Assembly (NCBI GenBank): GCA_039715015.1
Contig: JBDLIE010000001.1
Span: 1-64,000 of the forward strand
DNA: 64,000 nt
DNA from: Thermodesulfobacteriota bacterium
GTDB taxonomy: Bacteria; Desulfobacterota; Desulfobulbia; Desulfobulbales; SURF-16
Direction of reading: 5' to 3'
Shown piece after piece: positions 28,415 to 38,946 of this stretch. The translations under genes and the position numbers were made by a program. The first letter of the stretch is position 1. Every line of letters begins with the position of its first letter. The notes beneath the pieces were generated by a model that saw only the letters and a list, made by a program, of their open reading frames with translations, made no database searches and was not told the origin of the DNA.

Positions 28415-30031
28415 TCACATAGCTTTCATGGCCCGAACATCCATTGCCTCTCCGGAGTAAATAGGCAGGCGGATGGACATGGTGGTTCCCCGGCCTTCTC
28501 TGCTGACGACATCGATTCTGCCATTATGCCGTTTTATAATACCATAGATGACGGAAAGACCCAGACCAGTTCCTTCCACCTCATCCTTTGTGGAAAAAAA
28601 GGGCTGGAAGATGGCATCGCGATGTTCCTTCTTGATTCCTTTTCCGGTGTCCTTAAAATCAATTTGGACCATGTCACCAACCTGTTGGGTGGTCAGGGTG
28701 ATTGATCCGCCAGCCATGCCCATGGCCTGGGTGGCGTTGTTGAAAAGGTTGAGTACCACCTGTTTAATCTGATCAGAGACCCCGATAATGTCGGGCAGCA
28801 TCGGGGCATAGTTGCAGTGAATTGTAATGTTGTGTTGGGCAAAGTTTTTGTTGCACAGGAGGATCATGCTGTCGAGAACCTCGTGAAGATTGACGGCCCC
28901 GGGTTTACCGGTGGTGGGACGGTTAAAATCTTGGAGGTTTTGGATCAGCCCCTTGATACGGTCGCATTCGTCAATGGCCATGGCTGCCATTTCACCCTCG
29001 CCTTTGGCAAGGCGGCCACGCATGAGCATGTTGACGATGAACAGGCGGATGGCAACAATGGGGCTGCCGAACTCATGGGCAATGCTGGCCGCCAATTTAC
29101 CAATGGCGCTTAATTTCTCCGCGTGGAGGAGCTGGTCATATGTTTTTTTGAGCTCGTCGGTTTTCTCCTTAACTCTGCCCTCCAACTGGGCATGGGCCTT
29201 TTGGAGGGCAACACCCACCCGTTGTTTCTCAGCTATCTCCTCCTGCAGTTGGGTGTTTGCATCTTCCAGGTCCTGGGTCCGCTCCAGGACCTCTGTCGCA
29301 AGAATAGTACGATGGTTGGCCAGCTCCAGGTTCATTTTTTCCATATCTTTCTGCTGGGTCTGATCGTCAAAAAGCAGGACGCCAAAGATAGTGATGAGAA
29401 AGACGGTATAGAGAAACTCGCCGATGAAGATGTTGTGGATGACCTCCTGGTGGACGGCATAATCGTGGATGCCGCCCAGGAAGGTGCAGAGCAGGGCCAA
29501 GCGTGAGAAAAGGCCGTGGGCCCCCTTGGTCTCAACAGTGAGAAGACGAAAAAGCGTATAGCCGCAGAAGAGAATGATAATAGCGGCATAGAGACTGAAG
29601 ACAGGCCCGGGCGTGCCAAAACGGTAGTCAAAGTCAATGCCGTAGAAAGTAACGGTTTTTAGGGTGACCGGGCCCTTTAAAAAAAGATCTGTGGTGACAG
29701 TGACAGCAATAAGACCGGTGATGATCAGAAAGAGACGGGGGATGCTGCTCGACTCAAAATTGATATCATAGAGGATAGAGAGCCAGGCCGTAAAGCCAAG
29801 CATGAGGACAAAAATTCTAGCTCTATGCAGAAAGAGGGCGCGTGCCTCGTCAATGGGAAAGGAAAGGAGAAGACCTAAAAAAACGTAGAGACAACCGCCA
29901 AAGGTTGCGATGCAAAAGTAGGTATAGTTATTGAGCTTCTTATGAACAATAAACACTTTACCGAGATGATAGAGCGAAAAGCAAAAGAGGACGGCGGTGA
30001 TGTGTGATAGTATGAGCTGGTAGGTGTTCAT
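28415..30031 (-). CDS. Sensor histidine kinase with a 7-TM N-terminal domain
   Basis: About seven hydrophobic helices, coiled coil, EKLSAIGKLAASIAHE, QVVLNLFNNA, DTGKGI, PFFSTK, GTGLGLS. Confidence 0.92.
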   Translation of the reverse strand: MNTYQLILSHITAVLFCFSLYHLGKVFIVHKKLNNYTYFCIATFGGCLYVFLGLLLSFPIDEARALFLHRARIFVLMLGFTAWLSILYDINFESSSIPRLFLIITGLIAVTVTTDLFLKGPVTLKTVTFYGIDFDYRFGTPGPVFSLYAAIIILFCGYTLFRLLTVETKGAHGLFSRLALLCTFLGGIHDYAVHQEVIHNIFIGEFLYTVFLITIFGVLLFDDQTQQKDMEKMNLELANHRTILATEVLERTQDLEDANTQLQEEIAEKQRVGVALQKAHAQLEGRVKEKTDELKKTYDQLLHAEKLSAIGKLAASIAHEFGSPIVAIRLFIVNMLMRGRLAKGEGEMAAMAIDECDRIKGLIQNLQDFNRPTTGKPGAVNLHEVLDSMILLCNKNFAQHNITIHCNYAPMLPDIIGVSDQIKQVVLNLFNNATQAMGMAGGSITLTTQQVGDMVQIDFKDTGKGIKKEHRDAIFQPFFSTKDEVEGTGLGLSVIYGIIKRHNGRIDVVSREGRGTTMSIRLPIYSGEAMDVRAMKAM

Positions 30032-30078
30032 TCCGTTTTCAAGAGTAAACAGTGGTAAGCTGGAAGTCAACAGGAGAC

Positions 30079-31650
30079 ATGGGTAGAGTGACTGATTTTG
30101 CATGGAAGAACAGGGGATTGCTGCCTGTTCTCCTCTGTGTCCTCATGGGGGTGACAGGGTGTGGCACCAAGGTTGTTTCATTTAAGACAACCTATGCCAC
30201 TGGTGAGTGCCAAGAAATGTGGATGGCCCTCGAAAAGATCATCCATAATAACAAGGTGGCCGATAATACAGCGGTGCGCGTTCAGGGGTATCCATATCTG
30301 CGGAGCAGCAGATATCTGCAGGCCCTTGCAGAGCGTGTTGAAAGCAGGGAGGAAGAGTTCTTTGTCCTTGAAGAAATGCGGCTGCTGGATCTCGAAAAAA
30401 GAGCCCTGGAACTGAGCAGAATTCCTGAGGCGGCTCTCGAAAATTCTCTTGGCAAATGGCCTGGGCTGAACCATCCCTCTCTCCCTCAAAAAATAGCCAG
30501 CTGTTCGCAGAACTTTTTGAGCGATGATAGGCAGAGTGAAGAATTTTTTGGCCATGTCAAAAACGGCATAGATTTGGATAGGGACTACTCCCTGTGGCTA
30601 AGAAGTGTGGGACTTTATCCAATTACCTCCCTGGTGGTGGAGTATGTCGCGGAAAATGCACGGGAGGAAATGGTTGCCCAACTCAGCACTCCAATGAGTG
30701 GAGAAGAGTTGCTCACCTTCAGGCCCGCGCCAACAGCCACCACCTCCCATCGTAACCTGAAGGAGATTGTACGCAACAGTCGCAAGAATTCACTGCTTTC
30801 ATTGAACCTTCATGACGTGGATTTGCAGAGCCTGGCCCAGGAATTTGCGCCTTTGCTGACAATTGTCAAGGGCGCCGACCAAGACAGGTTTGGTAAGATT
30901 ATTAACAATAATGGCAGGTTTGCAGTTGATGGTAGCGAGCCGGTTGTCTATTATTATTTCAGTCAAACCTTTGTCCAGGGGATTCCTGCCCCACAGATAA
31001 ACTATGTTGTTTGGTTTTCTGAACGTACGGATCCTGCCCCCTGGTTTGAACGAGGCAGAATTGACGGCCTCACCTTTCGGGTTACCCTGAATTGGGCTGG
31101 CCAGCCTGTTTTTGTAGATGTTATCCAGAACTGTGGCTGCTATCATTTTGTCATGACCAATAATGAATATGTGGCTGGGCAGCAGGACCCTGTTGCCGGT
31201 TTCAAGCCTTTTGTGAACGGCGAGTTCTCACAATTTTCAGGCAATAAACGACTGCAACTTAAAATAAACAGCGGCAGACATCAGCTAGGTCATGTTTCTG
31301 CGGCCCTTCCTGGGAAATCACAGCCGAGCTATAGACTTTTGCCTTACACTAATTTGGAGTACTTTGGGGAAGAGGGTCAGGTAACAAGCTTTTTTGATCA
31401 GCAAGGCCTGGTGGCTGGCACAGAGCGCTTTGAAAGGTTTTTCCTCTTTCCCATGGGGATCCCGAAAGTCGGGGCAATGCGCCAGCGAGGCCGCCAGCCA
31501 ATTACCCTTGTCGGCAGGGCCTATTTTGATGACCCACATCTTTTTGATAATGTTTTTTCCTACCGCTCACCTCTCCCGGCCTTAAAGGTGTTGCTGCCGC
31601 CTAAGACGGGAAAACAGGACAAGATCACCGGTGGTGGCGACAAGGACTAA
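30079..31650 (+). CDS. Hypothetical lipoprotein
   Basis: AGGAGA RBS, lipobox-like VTGC, long open frame with an NCGCYH motif; no function recognised. Confidence 0.75.
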   Translation: MGRVTDFAWKNRGLLPVLLCVLMGVTGCGTKVVSFKTTYATGECQEMWMALEKIIHNNKVADNTAVRVQGYPYLRSSRYLQALAERVESREEEFFVLEEMRLLDLEKRALELSRIPEAALENSLGKWPGLNHPSLPQKIASCSQNFLSDDRQSEEFFGHVKNGIDLDRDYSLWLRSVGLYPITSLVVEYVAENAREEMVAQLSTPMSGEELLTFRPAPTATTSHRNLKEIVRNSRKNSLLSLNLHDVDLQSLAQEFAPLLTIVKGADQDRFGKIINNNGRFAVDGSEPVVYYYFSQTFVQGIPAPQINYVVWFSERTDPAPWFERGRIDGLTFRVTLNWAGQPVFVDVIQNCGCYHFVMTNNEYVAGQQDPVAGFKPFVNGEFSQFSGNKRLQLKINSGRHQLGHVSAALPGKSQPSYRLLPYTNLEYFGEEGQVTSFFDQQGLVAGTERFERFFLFPMGIPKVGAMRQRGRQPITLVGRAYFDDPHLFDNVFSYRSPLPALKVLLPPKTGKQDKITGGGDKD

Positions 31651-31693
31651 GGCGGCTAATAAATTCCCTTCTACTTATAAAAAAGGAAAAGAG

Positions 31694-32041
31694 ATGCCTT
31701 TTAAGAAATGTACCGCATGTGGCGAGAAATGGCTGAGCCAGGATGAATTTCTCGCAGATCAGAATGTCTCACTCCTTGGCCTCCAGGTCTGTTTCGATGA
31801 CCTGCTTGAGGGCCTCATTCTCTTTAACCACTCCTGCAAGACCACCTTTTCGGTGGAGGTGAGCAAATTTGAGAATCTCTACAAAGGCCCCAGGTATTTG
31901 GAGCCTGCCACCGGTACGGAGGAATGCCCGGGTTATTGTCTTAACGAAAGGGAACTGAAACCCTGCCCGACCAAATGCTCCTGTTCATTTGTCCGGGAAA
32001 TCCTCCAGAAAATAAAATATTTTCCCAAAAAGGAGGAGTAG
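31694..32041 (+). CDS. Small Cys-rich hypothetical protein (putative metal-binding)
   Basis: 115 aa with CTAC, HSC, CPGYC and CPTKCSC; AAGGA RBS. Confidence 0.75.
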   Translation: MPFKKCTACGEKWLSQDEFLADQNVSLLGLQVCFDDLLEGLILFNHSCKTTFSVEVSKFENLYKGPRYLEPATGTEECPGYCLNERELKPCPTKCSCSFVREILQKIKYFPKKEE

Positions 32042-32060
32042 GGCCGGCAGTACAATGGTT

Positions 32061-32864
32061 CTAAATTGTATTTTTTTTAACAAGCTCGGCGCTCCGCGCT
32101 GGGATCCAACATTGACGGCCATCAGCAAGTTCAATCTGAAACCAATACCCCTGTTTTTTTAGAAGAACAAACTCGGTGCCACTATGGAGAGGTGTGGCAA
32201 AGGCGGGCTGGTAGTTGCGACCATCACCCTGCCGGGCCATGATCTCAGAGGCGACAATGACCCCCTCTCGGGCAGGCGGCTTGACCTTGTCCATACCCAC
32301 GGAAGTGGAGGCCACTAAGGTGGCAAGAAGAAGGGTGGCCGGGATCCAGCTCGGCATGGTGATTTTTTTGAGATAGAAGAGGGACGCTGCCAGCCAGAAA
32401 GCAACGTAGAGGCCGAGGAAAATCTGAGTACGCAGGGTAAGTGGTAGACTGCGATGCAGATTTAAACTGGCCAGGGACGTTTCATTGTCTGCCCTGACAA
32501 ACTGATCCTGGCGTTCGGAGCGGACAAAGGCCAGGTTATGCTGGATGTTGGTGTCGCTTGCCAGCTCTTTTTCAGCTCTGCGGTAATTGACCATGGCCCG
32601 GCCTAGATCTCCCAGGCGATAGTAGGTGTTGCCAATATTATAGGCCAAGCGGGCATTTGGCTGGCTACGCTGAACCTGCTCGTAGCGCAGCAAAGCCTGG
32701 CGGTAAAGGTTTTGAGCCGTTTCTGCGGCTTTTTCGTCACTGGCCTGATGGAAAAGGGCATGGGCCTCGGCGACAATCTCTTGATCCGTCTGAGCCTGGG
32801 CCACGGCGGCTGGGCTGAAGATAAATATGCAAAGGGTGACAACAAAGGAGAGTGATTTCATCAC
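32061..32864 (-). CDS. batE: BatE-like TPR/SH3 protein
   Basis: AYNIGNTYYRLGDLGRAMVNYRRA, two TM segments, C-terminal LHSGTEF...WFQIELADGRQCWIP. Confidence 0.82.
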   Translation of the reverse strand: MMKSLSFVVTLCIFIFSPAAVAQAQTDQEIVAEAHALFHQASDEKAAETAQNLYRQALLRYEQVQRSQPNARLAYNIGNTYYRLGDLGRAMVNYRRAEKELASDTNIQHNLAFVRSERQDQFVRADNETSLASLNLHRSLPLTLRTQIFLGLYVAFWLAASLFYLKKITMPSWIPATLLLATLVASTSVGMDKVKPPAREGVIVASEIMARQGDGRNYQPAFATPLHSGTEFVLLKKQGYWFQIELADGRQCWIPARSAELVKKNTI

Positions 32865-34690
32865 AGCACCTCGCTCATTTTTTGGGCAACCCGCAGCAGG
32901 TTTTTTTTGTCGAGAACATGGCCTAAGCCACCATAGAGGGCAGCTTCACCCTGATTGAAAATATCTTCAACATCCCTGGTAATATCCTGGGCTTCCCTGT
33001 GCCTGGCAAGAAGACAAAGGACATCGCCCCTGGTGATGGAACGGGCTGGCCGTCCTAGTTTGTCGCCAAGAAAATCAAGCCAGGCCTCAAATACTTCTTC
33101 ATCCTCACAGCCTCGTAGTTTCTTGCGAAGCCGTCTGTAGGCCAGCCTGCGGCGATGTCTCAGTTCTCTGGTGTCGTCATGTTGATAGTGGTCAATAGAG
33201 AACAGCAGGCCAAAGAGCAGGGGGGGCAGCAAAAGGATGGCGAGGTGGAGCAGGGTGCCGTTTCCTGCCGGTGCGGCAACATCAATTTTTTCATAGTTAG
33301 GACGGATATCCTGTTGGGCCTCACTGACAATGGCGGCATTCAAAGAGGCGGCAATGTCTTCTTTGCCAGCGCCAAGGGCATCTTGGGCCGTGATTATTCT
33401 GGTGGGATGGACAGTGAGGCCGATCTCCTTGCTGCGGGCCACCTCGTAGCGCTTTGTCTCAGGGTTGAAGAAAGGCAGACTGAGACCGGGGATCTTTGTC
33501 ACCTGATCATGGCTGGCCCGGATGGTGGTGGTGAAAGTCTTGATACCGGCTGAGAGGTTGCTTTGCGGTTTCTCTGAGGCGGGCTTAAAATCTTGGCTGG
33601 CCAGGGTGGCCTCCAGGGGTGGCAGGCTGAGGTTATCGACAAAGGTGCCACCAATAGTCACCGTCAAATTAATGGGGTCTCCAACGTTAACGGCAGTGGG
33701 GTTGGCCTCGGTAGTCATGGTGTAGTGCCCCACCAAGCCGCTGAAATGGGGAGGCCTGTCCTGACTGGGAAGTTCAAGGACTTCAAGGTTGAGAGCATTT
33801 GCCGGGATGACCACGGTACGATAGATCTTGCGGCGCCCTGAGCCGAACATATCAAAGGGGTCCCTGCCGAACTGGCCACGTCGTGACTGGCTGTAGCCGT
33901 CAAAGGCGTTAATGGCCAGAGTTCCCTGGGGAAGGCTGATTTTGCCCGGGCTTCTCGGGATAAGGGTATGACGAAAGTTGAGAGCAACATAGTCCCGGCC
34001 ATCATGTTTTACTGCCTTTTTTTGAGCGGTAACACTCTGTCCTGCCACCTCGATCTCCACGAGCTCTATCCGTCCTCGGGGTTTGCTTGGCTGGAGGCCA
34101 AAGAGCTCAAAACGGCTGTCGCTGAATATGGGAAGGTTGAATTCAAAACCCTTAAGATCCTGACCTATGAGCCAGGTGGTGGTCATGATGATGGGCTCAC
34201 CCACATAACAGCGTTCTTTAGAAAGCCTCACCAGCAGCTTGAAGTCGTCGCTCTCCTCCGGTTCTTTTACCATCATGGTGATAGGCGCGGTACTATAGGT
34301 GGCGCCGTCAATGGTCACCGGAATGGCCGGAATGGTTAGCACCCCTGTCTTGCTGGCGGTGAGCAGGTATTGATAGACGTAGCTTAAGGTCTTGGTGGTC
34401 TGCACCTTGCCGTTTAGGGAAATCTGGTAGCTCTGGCTGCGGTTGGTGCCGCCCTGGGGTTCCACCTGAAAATCTTTGAGTGTGATGGAAGGCTGCCCTG
34501 TGGCCTCAGCACCCCTAATCTCAAGCTGCAGAGTGAAGGGCTGCCCCACATAAATTTCGTTACTTGCCACCTGGGCCTGGACCGAGATGGCGTCAGCAGC
34601 CTTGACCAGGGAAGGGAGAAGAAGGGGCAACAGGGCCACTGTCAAGATGTGGAAAAGATGTTTTGCCATGGTTTTTCTATACGATGACAT
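32861..34690 (-). CDS. batD: BatD-family protein
   Basis: Signal peptide, repeated YVGQP/YVGEP/VGDPI beta-sandwich units, PFFNPETKRY, C-terminal TM. Confidence 0.85.
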   Translation of the reverse strand: MSSYRKTMAKHLFHILTVALLPLLLPSLVKAADAISVQAQVASNEIYVGQPFTLQLEIRGAEATGQPSITLKDFQVEPQGGTNRSQSYQISLNGKVQTTKTLSYVYQYLLTASKTGVLTIPAIPVTIDGATYSTAPITMMVKEPEESDDFKLLVRLSKERCYVGEPIIMTTTWLIGQDLKGFEFNLPIFSDSRFELFGLQPSKPRGRIELVEIEVAGQSVTAQKKAVKHDGRDYVALNFRHTLIPRSPGKISLPQGTLAINAFDGYSQSRRGQFGRDPFDMFGSGRRKIYRTVVIPANALNLEVLELPSQDRPPHFSGLVGHYTMTTEANPTAVNVGDPINLTVTIGGTFVDNLSLPPLEATLASQDFKPASEKPQSNLSAGIKTFTTTIRASHDQVTKIPGLSLPFFNPETKRYEVARSKEIGLTVHPTRIITAQDALGAGKEDIAASLNAAIVSEAQQDIRPNYEKIDVAAPAGNGTLLHLAILLLPPLLFGLLFSIDHYQHDDTRELRHRRRLAYRRLRKKLRGCEDEEVFEAWLDFLGDKLGRPARSITRGDVLCLLARHREAQDITRDVEDIFNQGEAALYGGLGHVLDKKNLLRVAQKMSEVL

Positions 34691-34693
34691 GGG

Positions 34694-35890
34694 TTACCAG
34701 TCCTTGCCGCTGGTGGGGCGCTGTTGTCGCATGCGCAGACGGCGCATTTCGTGGAGGGCTTTTTCGCCATCAAGAATGTCGGCCAGAGTGGCGGCGGTTT
34801 TGTCGGCCTGCTGGTCCTGCTCGTCATCTGCTTGCTGGCCACTGGCAGGGGCGTTCTCTTCATGCCCTTTAGGGGTGTCACTGTTGACAGCCGGGGCTGG
34901 GGATTGTTCCGCTCCAGCCTCTTTTTCCGTATCCAGATTGGCTGCCATCTTGCTCAGGCTGTCAGCCGCCTGCTGCTGGTGTTCCTGGGCCTGGTTAAGG
35001 TCTCCTTGGTTAAGAGACTCTTCCGCTTTTTTCTGGGCGTCGATGGCCTCCTCCAGCTGCTTGCTGAGATTATCTTGGTCTTGCCCCTCTTTGTTCAAGT
35101 CCTCTTTGATTTTTTCCAGGGCCTGGCGTACGTTCTGTTGCTGGGCTGCCATATCTTGCATTTGCTCGTTGCTGGGACCGTTTTGGTTGCCGCCCGAGCT
35201 GTTCTCCTTACTCTGGTCAGCCATATCCTGCTGCTGTTGTCCAGCTTCGTTAAGTTGCTCCTGAAGGTCCTGCTGGTCATTTTTGGGGCCAGACTGGTTT
35301 TGCTGTTGCTGGCCTTGACCCTGTTGGCCTGCCGGCGGCTGCTGGTTAAGCTTGGCAAATTCCTTACGGAAATCCTCAATGCCCTTGCGGGCGGCTTTGA
35401 GGCCGGGGTCGTTACGCAGGGCCTGCTGGAAAGCCTGGTTGGCGGCCAGCAGCTGTTCTCTTTTTGGGGCCAGCTTTTGATTTTTCCCGGCCTGGGTCAG
35501 CAGAGTACGGCCTTTATTGTATTCCGTCCTGGCCCTGGTTTTTGGATTTTTGTCTGCGGCGGCACTGGCTGTAAAGGCCTGGGACGCCTCGCTAAAACTC
35601 TTTAGTTTGTAAAAAGCTGTACCCTGATTGTAGAGGGCCTTGGCGTCTTCCGGTTTTTTGGCCACCGCCTGGCTGAAAAGATCCAGGGCCTGCTCATAAT
35701 TGCCCTTTCCATAGGCTTTAACACCTTGGCGGTGCAGAGAGTCGATACTTGCTGCCAGGCCCAAGGCAGGGAAAAAAGCCATGGCAAGCGTCCCAGAGAG
35801 ACACAGAGATATAAGGTTTAAGAATGGTAAGCTTCGGCTCTCTGGGTGGGAACTAAAAACAGCTTGTCTGGCAGCAAATTTAACAATCAT
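34694..35890 (-). CDS. batC: BatC-like TPR protein with Gln-rich tail
   Basis: TPR motifs (ALYNQGTAFYK), Q-rich low-complexity region, terminal KDW. Confidence 0.8.
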   Translation of the reverse strand: MIVKFAARQAVFSSHPESRSLPFLNLISLCLSGTLAMAFFPALGLAASIDSLHRQGVKAYGKGNYEQALDLFSQAVAKKPEDAKALYNQGTAFYKLKSFSEASQAFTASAAADKNPKTRARTEYNKGRTLLTQAGKNQKLAPKREQLLAANQAFQQALRNDPGLKAARKGIEDFRKEFAKLNQQPPAGQQGQGQQQQNQSGPKNDQQDLQEQLNEAGQQQQDMADQSKENSSGGNQNGPSNEQMQDMAAQQQNVRQALEKIKEDLNKEGQDQDNLSKQLEEAIDAQKKAEESLNQGDLNQAQEHQQQAADSLSKMAANLDTEKEAGAEQSPAPAVNSDTPKGHEENAPASGQQADDEQDQQADKTAATLADILDGEKALHEMRRLRMRQQRPTSGKDW

Positions 35891-36906
35891 TTTCGGGCAA
35901 CTCCCTTGGCTTGCGCTCCCAGAAACATCATTTCCATAATGAGCAGGAGCAGGGCGGCAGCCAGGAAATATTGGAATTTCTCATCAAAATTTTCAATGGT
36001 TTCTTCGGCAAGTTCTCGTTTGGCATCTCCGGCAATGAGGTCAAGGTATACCTGGCCCAGGTCAATGGTGCCGGTGGCCACCGGCAGATAGCGACCGCCT
36101 GGGGTGGCCAGGGCTATCTTGCGCAGGGTACCGGCATCGAGTTTGGTAGAGACCTCTTTGCCTTCATAGGTGAGATGCTGGCGTCTGCCCTGCTCGTCGA
36201 TAAGGGGAATGGGCTGGCCCTGACGTTCGTCACCGAGGCCAATGACAATGAGACGGATACCCTCATCGCCCACCGCCTCGGCAGCATTAACCGGAAAGGA
36301 GTCATGGTCCTCGCCATCCGTAATCAGGATGATATCCTTATAGGCCTTGACTTGGTTATCAAAAACATCACGTTGGACAAGGCGCAGGGTGTCCCCGATA
36401 TTGGTGCCGCCTTTCACCTCCATGTCGGTGTTGATCTGGTCCAGCATCTGCCGAAAGAAACCATAGTCCAGGGTCAGGGGGCAGCGCACCTTGGCAGAAC
36501 CGGCAAATGCCACCAGGCTCACCCGGTCACCCTGCAGTCGTTCCACACAATCCATTATGGCCAGCTTGGCCCGTTCCAGTCGGTTGGGGGAAAGGTCCTC
36601 AGCCAGCATGGAGCGGGAGACATCAAGGAGAAAAACCACATCGCGGCCCTGCCTTTTTACCGTGGTTGGCTTTTGCTGCCAGGCTGGCCGGGCCAGGGCA
36701 ATAATAATCAAGGTCAAGGCCAGAAAGAGAATGCTGCGCTGGACAAGAACGATAAAGAGGCGGGAGAAAGTTGTTGTTTGCCCTTTACTTGCAAAGGTAC
36801 GCAGCTTTCTAGCTGATCTCTTGGCGTGGATGATCAAAACAAAGGCCAGCAGGGGCAGGGCCCAGAGCAGCAAAAGATGGTTGCCGGCCAGAAACTGAAA
36901 TTTCAT
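35887..36906 (-). CDS. batB: BatB-like VWA-domain protein
   Basis: ALARPAW, DVSRSMLAED..PNRLERAK, CPLTLDY, ILITDGED. Confidence 0.88.
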   Translation of the reverse strand: MKFQFLAGNHLLLLWALPLLAFVLIIHAKRSARKLRTFASKGQTTTFSRLFIVLVQRSILFLALTLIIIALARPAWQQKPTTVKRQGRDVVFLLDVSRSMLAEDLSPNRLERAKLAIMDCVERLQGDRVSLVAFAGSAKVRCPLTLDYGFFRQMLDQINTDMEVKGGTNIGDTLRLVQRDVFDNQVKAYKDIILITDGEDHDSFPVNAAEAVGDEGIRLIVIGLGDERQGQPIPLIDEQGRRQHLTYEGKEVSTKLDAGTLRKIALATPGGRYLPVATGTIDLGQVYLDLIAGDAKRELAEETIENFDEKFQYFLAAALLLLIMEMMFLGAQAKGVARK

Positions 36907-37934
36907 GGCAACACCCCCAAGACACTCCACTCCAGACTGAGGCCCAGAGCCAGGAGAGCAAAGGCGGCCAGGACAAATTTGCTGAAATGCTCCTTGTAAT
37001 CCATATAGCGGATTGATTCGATCTCACTCTTTTCCAGACTGTCGATGGTCTCGTAGATCCCCTGTAAGGCCGTGCCATCGCCAGCCAGCCAGAATTGTCC
37101 TCCTGTTTCCCGGGCCAGGGCGGTGAGGGTTTTGACATCCACATTGACACTCCGGCCCAAGGAGAAAAAGGAGCGTTTTTTTGACTCGCCAATGCCGATG
37201 GTGTAGATCTTGATGCCCCAGTCCTTGGCCAAGGAGGCGGCCTGCATGGGTGTATGCTGGCCGGCATTATGAACGCCGTCCGTTAGCAGGATAATGATCT
37301 TGCTTTTGATTTCGTAGCCGTCCTCATCCCTGGTTTTTTCACCGGCAGCCTTAAGACGGGCGGCGGCCAGAGCCAGTCCGTCGCCAATGGCTGTGCCGTC
37401 CTCGTGACGCTCGTCTGGGGCCACCAACCGAACCTGTTTAACAAAGCCTTCAACTGCGCCATGGGCCAGGGTCAGAGGGCAGACGGTCTCGGCAAAACGG
37501 GCAAAGGCCACCATGCCGATCAAGTCGTTGGGGCGACCGCTTAATTCCTTGCCGTTGCCCAGGACAAAGTCATGAAAGGCAAGCTTCACCGCCTCCAGAC
37601 GGTTCATCTTCCGGCCTTGATAGACAAAGGACTCCGCCATGCTGGAAGAGCGATCAACAACGATTTCGATGGCAATGCCATGGCTGATCTGCTCGATCTT
37701 TTCGATGCCTTGCTGGGGCCGGGCCAAGCCGGTGATCAGCAGGGTCAGGGCCAGAAGGCGCAGGATAAAGGGCAGGTGGATAAGGCGCTGGCGTAAGGAA
37801 CGCCCGGCCCCAGCTGCTTCGCTCAGATCGGAAAAGGCCATTCCTGGCATGCTGCGTCTTTTGCTAAAGCGACGGAACACGAGGAGGGGCAGGATGAGCA
37901 GAGCCCAGAAGGCCCAGGGAGTGGCAAAGGTCAT
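36903..37934 (-). CDS. batA: BatA-like VWA-domain protein
   Basis: MTFATPW, LARPQ, DRSSSM (MIDAS), CPLTL, GTAIGDGL, ILLTDG..NAG, IKIYTIGIG. Confidence 0.88.
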   Translation of the reverse strand: MTFATPWAFWALLILPLLVFRRFSKRRSMPGMAFSDLSEAAGAGRSLRQRLIHLPFILRLLALTLLITGLARPQQGIEKIEQISHGIAIEIVVDRSSSMAESFVYQGRKMNRLEAVKLAFHDFVLGNGKELSGRPNDLIGMVAFARFAETVCPLTLAHGAVEGFVKQVRLVAPDERHEDGTAIGDGLALAAARLKAAGEKTRDEDGYEIKSKIIILLTDGVHNAGQHTPMQAASLAKDWGIKIYTIGIGESKKRSFFSLGRSVNVDVKTLTALARETGGQFWLAGDGTALQGIYETIDSLEKSEIESIRYMDYKEHFSKFVLAAFALLALGLSLEWSVLGVLP

Positions 37935-37983
37935 AGTCGGTCGGTCATCTTAGGGGCCATCCTCCGGATGGCGGCAGTTATTT

Positions 37984-38946
37984 TCACCAGCGGCCACATG
38001 TCTTGTCGTCTGGTTTGGCTAAGGGGCAGGGCTCCAGGCCTTTTTCGATTTGGGCCGCGATTTCCTCTGTCTTGCCCGGCGCAGGCTCAATGTTGCTGAA
38101 TTTTATCAGGTCGCAGTGCTCAAGCACGGCGAGGAAGATATCGCGGCTCTCCCTGGGGATCTCCTCACAGGCGGCAATGGTTGGCCCATACTCGTTGTAA
38201 GTCTGCTCCAGGCAGCGGAGTTCGAAGCGGCTGTCAAGATAGCAGCGCAGGATAAAGGCCAGCCCCTCCACCTGGTCACGGGGCGCGAGATCGGTAAGGA
38301 GCGCCATTTCAGCAAGGGCCCGCTCCTTGGGGGGCAGGCATTTGGGGCCTTTGTTTTTTAAGCGCATAAAGATCCAGATGGCCAGGGCGAGGATGACGAG
38401 GGCCCCAGCGGCCAGGGCCATGATTCTGGCCACAGGCTTGCCTGGGCCGGCAGGGGGGAGAATGTCGTCCAGGTCTTCATCTCCAGCCTGGATTTCCTGG
38501 GCGACCAGCTCCGGGCGAGGCAGGATCAATTCGGTGGTCATGTCACCTCGACGGGCAGTAATCAGCAACTCCGGAAGCTGGTAAGGGCCGGGATTGTAAG
38601 GCTCGATAAGCCACTGGCGCTCACTTTCAAGGCCAATCGCCGTTCTCCTGGTCTTGGCCTCTCCTTGATCCAGGAGGGTAAAGTCGCCAAAATTTGGTCC
38701 GGAAAAGGTGGGCAGGGCAACGGCCATATTTTCGGGGGAGGATACGGTGAGGGTGCAGAGGAGCTGGTCGGCAGCCGTCAGCAAGGGTTGGCCTTGGTCA
38801 TCGTTAAGCAGGGTGTCGCCGCTGATTGTAAGCCGGGCCTGCAGCTCTCCCTCGCTGCTTTGCAGATCAACAAGCATGGCGGCCTCTGTCTGAAACGGTA
38901 CGAACAGCAGCAGGCTGAAAAAACAGATGAGAAGCCGGGCCATCAA
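37984..38946 (-). CDS. Membrane-anchored Bat-operon accessory protein
   Basis: Signal peptide, one TM segment, LRCYLDSRF..LEQT and CDLIKFS patterns; sits between DUF58 and batA. Confidence 0.75.
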   Translation of the reverse strand: MMARLLICFFSLLLFVPFQTEAAMLVDLQSSEGELQARLTISGDTLLNDDQGQPLLTAADQLLCTLTVSSPENMAVALPTFSGPNFGDFTLLDQGEAKTRRTAIGLESERQWLIEPYNPGPYQLPELLITARRGDMTTELILPRPELVAQEIQAGDEDLDDILPPAGPGKPVARIMALAAGALVILALAIWIFMRLKNKGPKCLPPKERALAEMALLTDLAPRDQVEGLAFILRCYLDSRFELRCLEQTYNEYGPTIAACEEIPRESRDIFLAVLEHCDLIKFSNIEPAPGKTEEIAAQIEKGLEPCPLAKPDDKTCGRW

